Virus record (IMG/VR): IMGVR_UViG_3300005541_000010
Span: 825 to 64,824 of that record
Length of the DNA stretch: 64,000 bases
Source of the DNA: a virus
Lineage: Duplodnaviria > Caudoviricetes
Reading direction: 5' to 3' (one strand)
Below the pieces are notes generated by a model. It was not told where the DNA came from, searched no databases, and saw nothing but the letters and a program-made list of their open reading frames with translations. Shown here one piece after another: positions 1 through 7,073 of this stretch (position 1 is its first letter; each line of letters begins with the position of its first letter). The position numbers and the translations under genes were made by a program.

Positions 1-2
1 AC

Positions 3-755
3 ACCGGCCTGTCTTCCCGGATGCCGGCCTCGGTGGCCCTGTTTTCCGCGCCCGCTTACCGGATTGCGGGCGCTGACCAGGCGCTCTTTCAGATGCGGCA
101 GCGCATGAAGGACGCCGATGGTTACTACCTCCTGCACAACCACCCGGCCGGATTCGCTACCCCGTCCACCGCGGATGAAATGATCACCGTCAAACTGGCC
201 GACGAGGTGCCGGGGTTTCTGGGTCACGTGGTCATCGACCACAACGAGTACGCCACCATCAACAAGCGCGGTGAAAGTCGCGTACAGAAATTCGACTTCG
301 GCGGCTACGATCCCGCCAAAAACCCGCGTATCCCGCATGCGCTGTTGCAGTCCACCATCATGTCCACCGGCGACTTAGCGCGTGTGGCGCGGCAACTCCA
401 GGCGCGCTCCGGGTTTACGACGCTCATCAACACCGACAGTCGCGCCCGCATCGTCGGCATCGCGGAGCTGCCGACCGATTCCTTGGTGGACGACAAAGGG
501 ATACCGCGCCGCGATGCCGCCGCGCGTCTGAAGGATATGCGCCTGCGCAGCGGCGGCTATCGCACCTTCGGGGTGAGTGATGATGCGCAGAAGCTTCCCT
601 CGTCGCTATTCGTGGACGCGGCAAACCCTGCCGGCGATACGGTCGGGAGTGGCTACGACGCGACCGAACGTCCACGACCGCGCACCTACCTAGCCCCGGA
701 AGGGCCATCGGCGCTGCGCGCCCTGTCCATGAAGTACGGAGTGGCTCCCCCGTGA
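3..755 (+). CDS. C-terminal part of a large protein with a RadC-like JAB domain (5' partial)
   Basis: Frame is open from the left edge. Motifs HNHPAG, PSTAD and DHVVI match the RadC/JAB HxHPSG..PS..D..DH pattern. Probably the end of the giant ORF that leaves the right edge (inference). Confidence 0.75.
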   Translation, partial: TGLSSRMPASVALFSAPAYRIAGADQALFQMRQRMKDADGYYLLHNHPAGFATPSTADEMITVKLADEVPGFLGHVVIDHNEYATINKRGESRVQKFDFGGYDPAKNPRIPHALLQSTIMSTGDLARVARQLQARSGFTTLINTDSRARIVGIAELPTDSLVDDKGIPRRDAAARLKDMRLRSGGYRTFGVSDDAQKLPSSLFVDAANPAGDTVGSGYDATERPRPRTYLAPEGPSALRALSMKYGVAPP

Positions 756-1054
756 ACAGTACCAGCTTCGGCTCCATCACCACCCCGCAGGGCCTCGACA
801 AAGCTACGCGCGAGCGCCTGGTGCGCAAGTACGCTGGCGGCGGCAAGGTAGAAACGGTCATGCACGAGTGGAAAACCGGCCGGCTCAGGAGTGGCTCGAA
901 GCGCGGTCCGGTGGTCACAAGCCGCAAGCAGGCCATCGCGATCGCGCTGAACGAGAAGCGCCGCTACGGCAAAGCCAAGGGCGGCAGCTGGTGGGCGCAG
1001 TTGCAGCAGGAAATCGCCGATATGGGACAGGCCGGCTCCGGGGGACTGAAGTAA
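752..1054 (+). CDS. DUF6496-like small basic protein
   Basis: KVETVMHEWKTGRLRSGS...SRKQAIAIALNE pattern; GTGA overlap with the upstream stop; carries YAGGG and AKGG motifs. Confidence 0.7.
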   Translation: MNSTSFGSITTPQGLDKATRERLVRKYAGGGKVETVMHEWKTGRLRSGSKRGPVVTSRKQAIAIALNEKRRYGKAKGGSWWAQLQQEIADMGQAGSGGLK

Positions 1055-1348
1055 ATGGAGCACGAACTGCCAATGATTCTGGTTTCTGTTGGTTCGTCCT
1101 TGGCGGTGGGCATTGCCTCCTCCTATTTGACGTTCCGATTGCAACTCTCAGCTTTTATGGCGATGGACAAGGAACGAGAAAAGCACTGGTCCATTTGGCG
1201 CGATGGGATCACCAAAGATGTCGATGATCTTAAGAAGTCTGCGAGCCTGATTGAACTAGCCCTGCTCTCACAGAAGATGGGGCAGATGGAGCACCGCTTG
1301 GAGTCCATCGAACGCAAACTTTTTGGAGCCGGTGCCGCTCTCCTATGA
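1055..1348 (+). CDS. Membrane protein with coiled-coil tail (holin-like candidate)
   Basis: One N-terminal hydrophobic segment, heptad-like C-terminus, at the head of the lysis cassette. Confidence 0.5.
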   Translation: MEHELPMILVSVGSSLAVGIASSYLTFRLQLSAFMAMDKEREKHWSIWRDGITKDVDDLKKSASLIELALLSQKMGQMEHRLESIERKLFGAGAALL

Positions 1349-1382
1349 CAGACCTAGCCCAGCAACTCGTGGAGGAGTCCGA

Positions 1383-1799
1383 ATGAGCATTCCGCGTGGT
1401 ATTCGCAACTGTAATCCAGGCAACATCCGGCTTGGCCAGTCTTGGCAGGGCATGGCGGCGATGCAGACCGACCCGTCCTTTGTGCAGTTCCTGTCGCCTG
1501 AGTACGGCATCCGGGCGATCGCCAAGATCATGCTGACCTACGCATCCAACGGCATCGACACAATCAGCGGGATCATCAACCGATGGGCGCCCCCCAGTGA
1601 GAACGATACAGGGGCGTACGTGCAAGCGGTGGCCGAACAGTGTAGCGTTGCACCGACCGACGCGGTGGACATGAAAAGTGTATTGCCTGGGCTAGTGAGA
1701 GCGATCATCCAGCACGAGAACGGGGAGCAACCGTACACGGACGAGCAGATCAACGCAGGGATCGCGATGGCGATAGAACCGCAGACCATTTCAACGTAG
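1383..1799 (+). CDS. Putative endolysin / lytic virion protein (RGIRNxNPGNI family)
   Basis: RGIRNCNPGNIR...GIRA...RWAPPSENDT..Y...IIQHENG motifs; GGAGG SD; next to spanins. Confidence 0.75.
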   Translation: MSIPRGIRNCNPGNIRLGQSWQGMAAMQTDPSFVQFLSPEYGIRAIAKIMLTYASNGIDTISGIINRWAPPSENDTGAYVQAVAEQCSVAPTDAVDMKSVLPGLVRAIIQHENGEQPYTDEQINAGIAMAIEPQTIST

Positions 1800-1810
1800 G
1801 AGACAGACCT

Positions 1811-1936
1811 ATGCTTACGATCATCACCCATGTCGTTGCCCTGCTCATCGGCGGCGGCGCCGGCTGGTTCGGCCACAAGAAGTACGGTGTGGTGGTTGCC
1901 ACGGATGCTGCCAAGGTGGCCTCCAAAATCTCGTAA
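1811..1936 (+). CDS. 41-aa single-TM protein
   Basis: MLTIITHVVALLIGGGAGWFGHKK; AGGAG SD; below the ORF-track cutoff. Confidence 0.5.
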   Translation: MLTIITHVVALLIGGGAGWFGHKKYGVVVATDAAKVASKIS

Positions 1937-1954
1937 CGACCCTGGGGGCTCGCC

Positions 1955-2338
1955 GTGGAATGGGAATTTAAGCCATCCGAATGGCTGGATCTTCTCACCC
2001 ACTACCCGGTAGTGATCGTGCTGCTGGTCGGACAAATTGCTGCGGTGGCGTTCACGCAGTTGGTGAAAAAAACTTACCTTGACTGGAGCGCGCGGCCGGA
2101 CACGCCGCCGCGCGTTGCCGACGGACGGTATAAAGCCTCTGTTCGCCTCTTGTCGTGCCTGTCGGCCTTCATCGCTACGAATGCCCTGTGGCTAGTCATC
2201 ATCCCGATACACAACACGGGGCTGCACTGGGTGGCGTCCGTCATTGCCGGGGTCACGAGTCCGTGGCTCTACACGCTCGCACGGGCATTGGTGGCCTGGA
2301 AGTTCCCGGACTTTGCGAAGCGATGGGGAGACACTTAA
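1955..2338 (+). CDS. Multi-TM membrane protein, holin candidate
   Basis: Three hydrophobic segments; lies between the endolysin candidate and the spanins. Confidence 0.5.
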   Translation: MEWEFKPSEWLDLLTHYPVVIVLLVGQIAAVAFTQLVKKTYLDWSARPDTPPRVADGRYKASVRLLSCLSAFIATNALWLVIIPIHNTGLHWVASVIAGVTSPWLYTLARALVAWKFPDFAKRWGDT

Positions 2339-2830
2339 ATGACCCGCATCCTGACTTACCTCGCGATCGTGGTGGCGCTCCTGGTCGGCGGTTACATCGG
2401 CGGCTACGTGATCGCCAGCCACCACTACGAACGCATCCAGGCCGTCAAGGACCTGGCGCAGGAGAAGGCCATCGCCGCCGCACAACAGAGCGTGATCACC
2501 GCCGAAGCTGCCCGTGTTGCGGCTGAGGATCGCGCGGAGAAAGCCCATGAAGTTCTTGTCAAGTCTGACGCTGACGCTCGCAACCGCCTCGCTGGCAGCA
2601 TGCGCGGTATCACCGCCTCGCTCGCCCGGTGTCTGTCCGCCCCAGTGGCACATCCCGGTGCAGTACCAGGGAGCGCCGCTGAGTCCGCAGGCCCTGAAGG
2701 ACCTGCAGGAAGCACAGGACAACTTGAACAGGCTCTTACAACCTACCAATCCGCCTACGTCCACGCCGTCGCCGCCTGCCAAGTTGATTCAGAGCACTTG
2801 GCAGCTATTCTGAGTCTGGAGCCGAAGTGA
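2339..2830 (+). CDS. i-spanin (Rz-like)
   Basis: N-terminal TM, Ala-rich helical periplasmic part, contains a nested lipoprotein ORF. Confidence 0.8.
   Translation: MTRILTYLAIVVALLVGGYIGGYVIASHHYERIQAVKDLAQEKAIAAAQQSVITAEAARVAAEDRAEKAHEVLVKSDADARNRLAGSMRGITASLARCLSAPVAHPGAVPGSAAESAGPEGPAGSTGQLEQALTTYQSAYVHAVAACQVDSEHLAAILSLEPK
2547..2813 (+). CDS. o-spanin (Rz1-like lipoprotein) embedded in the i-spanin gene
   Basis: MKFLSSLTLTLATASLAAC lipobox, Pro-rich mature part, different frame inside Rz. Confidence 0.8.
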   Translation: MKFLSSLTLTLATASLAACAVSPPRSPGVCPPQWHIPVQYQGAPLSPQALKDLQEAQDNLNRLLQPTNPPTSTPSPPAKLIQSTWQLF

Positions 2831-3129
2831 GCCTCGCCAGCTTCATCGCCAGCACCGGCGAGAACGAAAATTTCGTCGCTTTCATGGCGCATTCCGGCTT
2901 CGCCTTCTTCGTGCTCGTGCTGGCGGCTTGCTTCCATCTGCCAATGCTGTTCGTGGCGGGGACGGCCGCGGTGCTCGCCGCGACCAAGGAGTTCATTTTC
3001 GACCCCCAAAACGAGACGGCCCCGCCGCAAAACATATGGCCGGACGGCGCGCTGGACTTCAGCGGCTATGCCACGGGCATCATCGTGGGCTTCGTCATCG
3101 TAAAGGAGTTTTTGCAATGCACGGTCTAA
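2827..3129 (+). CDS. Small membrane protein
   Basis: GTGA overlap; three hydrophobic segments; H...KEF..D pattern. Confidence 0.55.
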   Translation: MSLASFIASTGENENFVAFMAHSGFAFFVLVLAACFHLPMLFVAGTAAVLAATKEFIFDPQNETAPPQNIWPDGALDFSGYATGIIVGFVIVKEFLQCTV

Positions 3130-3305
3130 CACTGCTGTTCCAGATTTTCGCTGCGGTGTCTTTCTTCATTGGCTGGATGAACTGGCAGATACCCAAGCCG
3201 CCACACCCCGCCTGGAACTGGACGACGGGCGGTTTCTTCTGGCTGCTGGTGTCGTTCATGGTCACCGGCGTGGTCGCTTACGTCCATACGGTCCTAGGGT
3301 CGTGA
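3117..3305 (+). CDS. 62-aa two-TM protein
   Basis: MHGLTLLFQIFAAVSFF...; AAGGAG SD upstream. Confidence 0.5.
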   Translation: MHGLTLLFQIFAAVSFFIGWMNWQIPKPPHPAWNWTTGGFFWLLVSFMVTGVVAYVHTVLGS

Positions 3306-3311
3306 AACGAA

Positions 3312-3932
3312 ATGAGAGGCGTTAAAACCAACATCCTTCCGGGAACAAAATTTGGGTTACTGACAGTAATCGGTGGTCCGATATTTCTCGATCATCGAGC
3401 GCATTACGAATGCAAGTGTGATTGTGGGGGCCGCAAACAACCTCGAAGTGACGCCCTCCTAGATGGCAGCGCGCAGTCTTGCGGGTGTTCGCGTGTAGAC
3501 CACGGAGCATGGCGTGGCGGACACCGAACGCCGGAATACACAGCGTGGTCCTCTATGGTGTCTCGCTGCACTAATCCAGCAAACAAACGCTACGCTCAAT
3601 ACGGTGGCCGTGGCATACAAGTTTGCGCTAGATGGCGCCTGTTCCGAAATTTCCTAATTGATCTTGGGGAGCGTCCGAGCAACAAACATTCCCTCGATCG
3701 GATCGACAATGATCGTGGCTATGAGATTGGGAATTGCAGATGGGCGACGCCGCAAGAACAGCAAGGGAACAAGCGCACCACCACTAAAGTGACCATTTGC
3801 GGGGTTACCTTGCATGTAGCCGCGTGGGCCAGAAGAATCGGTATATCGGACGCTGGTTTTTGCTACCGCCTGAAATCCCGCTGGCCTGAAGAAGCGCTGC
3901 TCAGACCTTCCAACAGGGGGAACCGGCCATGA
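3312..3932 (+). CDS. HNH-type homing endonuclease-like protein
   Basis: CKCDCG...SCGC, EYTAWSSMVSRC, YGGRGIQVC, LDRIDNDRGYEIGNCRWAT motifs; more AT-rich than neighbours. Confidence 0.8.
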   Translation: MRGVKTNILPGTKFGLLTVIGGPIFLDHRAHYECKCDCGGRKQPRSDALLDGSAQSCGCSRVDHGAWRGGHRTPEYTAWSSMVSRCTNPANKRYAQYGGRGIQVCARWRLFRNFLIDLGERPSNKHSLDRIDNDRGYEIGNCRWATPQEQQGNKRTTTKVTICGVTLHVAAWARRIGISDAGFCYRLKSRWPEEALLRPSNRGNRP

Positions 3933-4432
3933 AAAAACTACTTTTATGGGCGCGTGGCATTGTGGGAAATTCCCCGACCGTCACGGCGCTCATCGTCATC
4001 TTCATCATCGTCCTGTGCGTCGTGCTGTGGCGACCCGTGCATGCGGCGGAACTCGACCTGCGCCTGGGTGCGTCGCTGAAGTCCGGGGACTCGGGACCCG
4101 TCCTGGGACTGAACGCGCTGTTCCCACAGGGACAGTTCGACCTGTACACCGGCACGCTCCTGTGGGGCACCACCGCGACGACCCCGAACAACTGGTCGTG
4201 GGAGGCCGGCATCCACGGCTGTCGCTGGCATCTGTGCGCCGCCCTGGGTGGCGCGTACCTGCAACGCATCGACCGCTTCAACGGCTCGCACACGAACTTC
4301 AACATCGAGCTGTCGTACCTGTTCGGCGAAGGGCGTATCCGGTCGCTGGACCTCACGCACCTGAGCAACGCCGGCACGGTCGCGCCGAATCCGGGCCGGA
4401 ATGCGGCCCTGTTGAACATCCGCCTGCAGTAG
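3929..4432 (+). CDS. PagL-like lipid A 3-O-deacylase / acyloxyacyl hydrolase beta-barrel
   Basis: Signal peptide ending VHA-A, alternating beta-strand pattern, C-terminal HLSNAG..PNPG.N catalytic motif. Confidence 0.7.
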   Translation: MKKLLLWARGIVGNSPTVTALIVIFIIVLCVVLWRPVHAAELDLRLGASLKSGDSGPVLGLNALFPQGQFDLYTGTLLWGTTATTPNNWSWEAGIHGCRWHLCAALGGAYLQRIDRFNGSHTNFNIELSYLFGEGRIRSLDLTHLSNAGTVAPNPGRNAALLNIRLQ

Positions 4433-4441
4433 GTTTATACT
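4412..4441 (+). promoter_or_regulatory. Sigma70-like promoter for the tRNA array transcript
   Basis: TTGAAC (4412-4417), N18, TATACT (4436-4441). Confidence 0.5.
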
Positions 4442-4444
4442 CGC

Positions 4445-4699
4445 AGCCGTCATGAGGACCATCAGAAATACTGATACCTGCGCCGCGACACGGCTATATA
4501 GCCCGTCGTGGTTGCACTCGTTCGTCGGGCAATCAAAGCCCGGTACGCGCGAACAGTTCTGATCCAGCTTGCCCCTCGGCGCAGGCCGGGGGAAGCCCAA
4601 GCAAAGACCTCTCCCGCCCAAAGACCGAGCGCACCCGAAGACCCGGCGCATGGAGCCGGTGAGGCGTAAAGCGAAACACGAAGCCGAATGGCTTTTCGA
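4445..4699 (+). ncRNA. Structured non-coding leader of the tRNA array (unclassified)
   Basis: No credible ORF. Hairpins AGCCGT/ACGGCT, ATCAG/CTGAT, 4567-4596, CCGGC/GCCGG. Segments complementary to the 3' flank of the array. Confidence 0.45.
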
Positions 4700-4770
4700 G
4701 CAGGTGCCGCCGTGGGGCGTAACGGCCTTCCAAGCCGGCATTGCGAGTTCGACTCTCGTCGCCTGCTCCA
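4700..4770 (+). tRNA. tRNA-Gly(TCC), compact D arm
   Basis: GCAGGTG/CGCCTGC, loop CTTCCAA, TTCGA T loop, U73-CCA. Confidence 0.85.
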
Positions 4771-4794
4771 ATTTCTTTCTGTAATCTGTGCGCT

Positions 4795-5139
4795 ATGGTT
4801 ACTAAGGCTGGCGGCAGCCAACATAAGGTTAACGGAGAGACGCATTACTGTCGTAATCAAACACGGTATGTTCTATACGTTCGAAATAGAATCAAGCGTC
4901 TTGAGGCGCTGATAAGGGAATTCAAAAATCGACCGTGTTTCGACTGCGGCAATCCGTTTCCGTTTTACGTCATGCAGCTAGATCATGCCCGTGGCGTGAA
5001 ATTGTGTAATCCATCACGACTGGCTAGGTTAGGCTGGTCTATAGCAAGAATTCAGGCAGAGTTAGAAAAGTGCGATGCGGTGTGTGCGAATTGTCACGCC
5101 ATTCGCACTTACAAGCGCAGACAGAATATTCCGGTCTAG
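4795..5139 (+). CDS. HNH endonuclease inside the tRNA array
   Basis: CFDCG...LDH...CDAVCANCHAIRT; last codons and stop overlap tRNA-Asn. Confidence 0.85.
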   Translation: MVTKAGGSQHKVNGETHYCRNQTRYVLYVRNRIKRLEALIREFKNRPCFDCGNPFPFYVMQLDHARGVKLCNPSRLARLGWSIARIQAELEKCDAVCANCHAIRTYKRRQNIPV

Positions 5140-5207
5140 CACTCATGGCGAGCGCGCTCCGCTGTTAACGGAGAATGAGAGTGGTTCGATCCCACTGGCC
5201 GGAGCCA
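5130..5207 (+). tRNA. tRNA-Asn(GTT)
   Basis: TCCGGTC/GGCCGGA, CTCCG-CTGTTAA-CGGAG, G73-CCA. Confidence 0.9.
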
Positions 5208-5213
5208 AATCCA

Positions 5214-5286
5214 GGTTCCACACCGGGAGGTGGAGTAGCACTGTCGATGCTGCGAGCGCGGGGTTCGAGTCCCCGTGGAACCGCCA
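5214..5286 (+). tRNA. tRNA-Asp(GTC), no acceptor-D connector
   Basis: GGTTCCA/TGGAACC, loop CTGTCGA, G73-CCA. Confidence 0.85.
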
Positions 5287-5292
5287 TTCAAT

Positions 5293-5369
5293 CCCCGCTT
5301 AGCTCAGACGTTAAGAGCGCCGCTCCTACAAAGCGGAAGTCGCAGGCAATCAATCTGCAGTGGGGACCA
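5293..5369 (+). tRNA. tRNA-Val(TAC)-like, C33 and degenerate T loop
   Basis: CCCCGCT/AGTGGGG, CCGCT-CCTACAA-AGCGG, T loop CAATCAA, A73-CCA. Confidence 0.65.
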
Positions 5370-5370
5370 T

Positions 5371-5457
5371 CTAGTGTTAGCCAGCTATGGAGGCTGAGCA
5401 GACTGTAAACCTGCTGTCCTTGCGGCCCGTTGGGTTCGATTCCCAAGCACTGGACCA
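5371..5457 (+). tRNA. tRNA-Tyr(GTA)
   Basis: Loop CTGTAAA, long variable arm, TTCGA, A73-CCA. Confidence 0.88.
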
Positions 5458-5461
5458 ATTT

Positions 5462-5536
5462 ACCCCCATAACTTATGCAGTAGAGCCTCGCCTCTTAAGC
5501 GATGGGAACCAGGTGCAAATCCTGGTGGGGGTACCA
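5462..5536 (+). tRNA. tRNA-Lys(CTT)
   Basis: ACCCCCA/TGGGGGT, loop CTCTTAA, CCA. Confidence 0.9.
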
Positions 5537-5613
5537 CACCGTGAAGTTGCCGGCATACGCGGCCAGCGAATGCGAGCCGGACGAGTCGTTGGCGTAACCA
5601 ACCTAACATTTCG

Positions 5614-5685
5614 GGGCGGCGTACTGGGGTACAGGGATGCTTTGCAAGCAACCCGCGTGGAGTTCGATCCTCCGGCTGTCCACCA
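5614..5685 (+). tRNA. tRNA-Ala(TGC), no acceptor-D connector
   Basis: GGGCGGC/GCTGTCC with G3:U70, loop TTTGCAA, A73-CCA. Confidence 0.85.
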
Positions 5686-5689
5686 ACAC

Positions 5690-5766
5690 GATCGTGAATG
5701 CAAAGCGGCGGAGCAGCACGGCTCTCAACCGTGGCCTATCGGGTTCAACTCCCGACACGATCACCA
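5690..5766 (+). tRNA. tRNA-Glu(CTC)
   Basis: GATCGTG/CACGATC, CACGG-CTCTCAA-CCGTG, CCA. Confidence 0.88.
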
Positions 5767-5847
5767 GTTCCCGCGCGATAGGCCGGCAGGCTGCTATGCG
5801 CGCCCCGCTGCCGCGGAAGGCATGAATTAACATGCGGGATAAAATGC

Positions 5848-5923
5848 GATGCCGGTGTAGCCGGACGAACGCCGCGCCTTTCAAGCGTTGGTACTACGGG
5901 TTCGAGTCCCGTCGGCATCTCCA
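5848..5923 (+). tRNA. tRNA-Glu(TTC)
   Basis: GATGCCG/CGGCATC, loop CTTTCAA, TTCGA, CCA. Confidence 0.85.
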
Positions 5924-5924
5924 T

Positions 5925-6010
5925 CCCCTCGTGGTGGAATTTAGCAGACACAGTTGGCTCAGAACCAACCGTCGCGAGGCGTGCGGGTGCAAGTCCTGCC
6001 GAGGGGACCA
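5925..6010 (+). tRNA. tRNA-Leu(CAG)
   Basis: CCCCTCG/CGAGGGG, GTTGG-CTCAGAA-CCAAC, long variable arm. Confidence 0.92.
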
Positions 6011-6016
6011 ATTTTT

Positions 6017-6091
6017 GTGGGCGAAGGCGAAGTAGATAGCCCGCGCGCCGTGACCGCGCTGTAGGTGCTGCAAATGCACCCGCTCACCCCA
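6017..6091 (+). tRNA. tRNA-His(GTG), C33, no encoded G-1
   Basis: GTGGGCG/CGCTCAC, loop CCGTGAC, C73-CCA. Confidence 0.8.
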
Positions 6092-6095
6092 ACAT

Positions 6096-6169
6096 CACGA
6101 CGTGGCCGAGAGGCGAGGCGGACGGTTGCAACCCGTTCCACGCTGGTTCAACTCCAGTCGTCGTGTCCA
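6096..6169 (+). tRNA. tRNA-Cys(GCA)
   Basis: CACGACG/CGTCGTG, loop TTGCAAC, U73-CCA. Confidence 0.9.
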
Positions 6170-6174
6170 AATAT

Positions 6175-6249
6175 CTGAGTGTGGGATAGCGGCTGTCCAC
6201 CTGCCTTGGGAGCAGGTCCAGGCACGTTCGACTCGTGTCACTCAGACCA
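6175..6249 (+). tRNA. tRNA-Pro(TGG)
   Basis: CTGAGTG/CACTCAG, CCTGC-CTTGGGA-GCAGG. Confidence 0.9.
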
Positions 6250-6253
6250 CTTT

Positions 6254-6331
6254 CGGGATGTAAGTCAGCCTGGTTAGACACCCCGGCCCGGAACCGGGAA
6301 GCCGCAGGTTCAAATCCTGCCGTCCCGACCA
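6254..6331 (+). tRNA. tRNA-Pro(CGG), C33
   Basis: CGGGATG/CGTCCCG, CCCGG-CCCGGAA-CCGGG. Confidence 0.88.
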
Positions 6332-6337
6332 AACAAT

Positions 6338-6411
6338 GCCTCCATCGTCCAATGGCAGCACGGCTGCCTGATTAGCGGCTAATCTACGTTCAAGTCGTAG
6401 TGGAGGTACCA
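6338..6411 (+). tRNA. tRNA-Ile(GAT), U37
   Basis: GCCTCCA/TGGAGGT, GCTGC-CTGATTA-GCGGC, A73-CCA. Confidence 0.78.
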
Positions 6412-6415
6412 ACAC

Positions 6416-6488
6416 GCGGGCGTACTCAGGGCAGTACGCTACCTTGCCAAGGTAGATGGCTGGGATTCGAGTTCCCTCGCCCGCTCCA
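6416..6488 (+). tRNA. tRNA-Gly(GCC), no acceptor-D connector
   Basis: GCGGGCG/CGCCCGC, CTACC-TTGCCAA-GGTAG, U73-CCA. Confidence 0.88.
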
Positions 6489-6492
6489 ATGC

Positions 6493-6563
6493 GCCTTCGC
6501 CGATCGGACGGTAGCGGTCTTCTAAGCCGCCGACTGCAGGTTCGACTCCTGCCGAGGGCGTCA
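6493..6563 (+). tRNA. tRNA-Arg(TCT), compact, ends TCA instead of CCA
   Basis: GCCTTCG/CGAGGGC, loop CTTCTAA, GCAGG-TTCGACT-CCTGC. Confidence 0.82.
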
Positions 6564-6565
6564 CT

Positions 6566-6638
6566 ACCCACGCCGATAGGAACGGCGGTCGCCTCCTAAG
6601 CGGCCATCTTGTCGGTTCGAGTCCGACCGTGGGTGCCA
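6566..6638 (+). tRNA. tRNA-Arg(CCT), compact
   Basis: ACCCACG/CGTGGGT, loop CTCCTAA, G73-CCA. Confidence 0.86.
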
Positions 6639-6642
6639 TTTC

Positions 6643-6721
6643 GCTCCGGTAGCACAACTTGGCAGATGCGCGCCTCTCAAAAGGGTTGATGTTGTGGGTT
6701 CGAATCCCACCCGGAGTACCA
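6643..6721 (+). tRNA. tRNA-Leu(CAA) without long variable arm
   Basis: GCTCCGG/CCGGAGT, loop CTCAAAA, weak anticodon stem, 6-nt variable region. Confidence 0.75.
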
Positions 6722-6722
6722 T

Positions 6723-6808
6723 ACGCCTGTGGTGAAACTGGTAGACGCGCGTGGACTGAGAATCCCGTGCCTTCGGGCGTGTCGGTTCAAATCCGGCCAG
6801 GCGTACCA
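6723..6808 (+). tRNA. tRNA-Leu(GAG)
   Basis: ACGCCTG/CAGGCGT, loop CTGAGAA, variable arm GCC-TTCG-GGC. Confidence 0.9.
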
Positions 6809-6812
6809 ATTC

Positions 6813-6888
6813 GTGGGGAGAGCTAGTGTGGTCATAGCTCCGGTCTGAAAAGCCGGCTAACTTGGTTCGATCCCAAGTCCTCACACCA
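6813..6888 (+). tRNA. tRNA-Phe(GAA)
   Basis: GTGGGGA/TCCTCAC, CCGGT-CTGAAAA-GCCGG. Confidence 0.9.
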
Positions 6889-6893
6889 TTTGC

Positions 6894-6968
6894 AGCGGGT
6901 TAGTTCAGTAGCAGAACAGGGGTCTCATAAGCCTCACGTCACAGGTGCAATTCCTGTACCCGCTACCA
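6894..6968 (+). tRNA. tRNA with CAT anticodon (Met or Ile2)
   Basis: AGCGGGT/ACCCGCT, loop CTCATAA; paired 1:72, so not a typical initiator. Confidence 0.88.
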
Positions 6969-6974
6969 TTTTCC

Positions 6975-7069
6975 TGTAGTCAGCTCCGGCGAGCGGCGCG
7001 GCCTTATAAGCTGCGGAGACCTGGCGGACCGCTGGGAACGGCTGGGCTCGACACCCAGGACTACAATCA
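6975..7069 (+). tRNA. tRNA with TAT anticodon (Ile) and long variable arm
   Basis: TGTAGTC/GACTACA, GCGGC-CTTATAA-GCTGC, about 27-nt extra arm, CTGGG-CTCGACA-CCCAG, ends ATCA. Confidence 0.72.
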
Positions 7070-7073
7070 ACAT

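Noticed and set aside
579-692. Nested ORF after the JAB domain, by analogy with the zeta case
   Set aside because: Only 37 codons, weak SD and no codon-bias shift.
4445-4699. tmRNA, RNase P RNA, SRP RNA or group I/II intron
   Set aside because: Diagnostic motifs are absent (no GAGGAAAGUCC, no tRNA-like GGGGC/CCACCA ends, no P/Q/R/S elements). GAGCCGGTGAGG only superficially resembles group II domain V.
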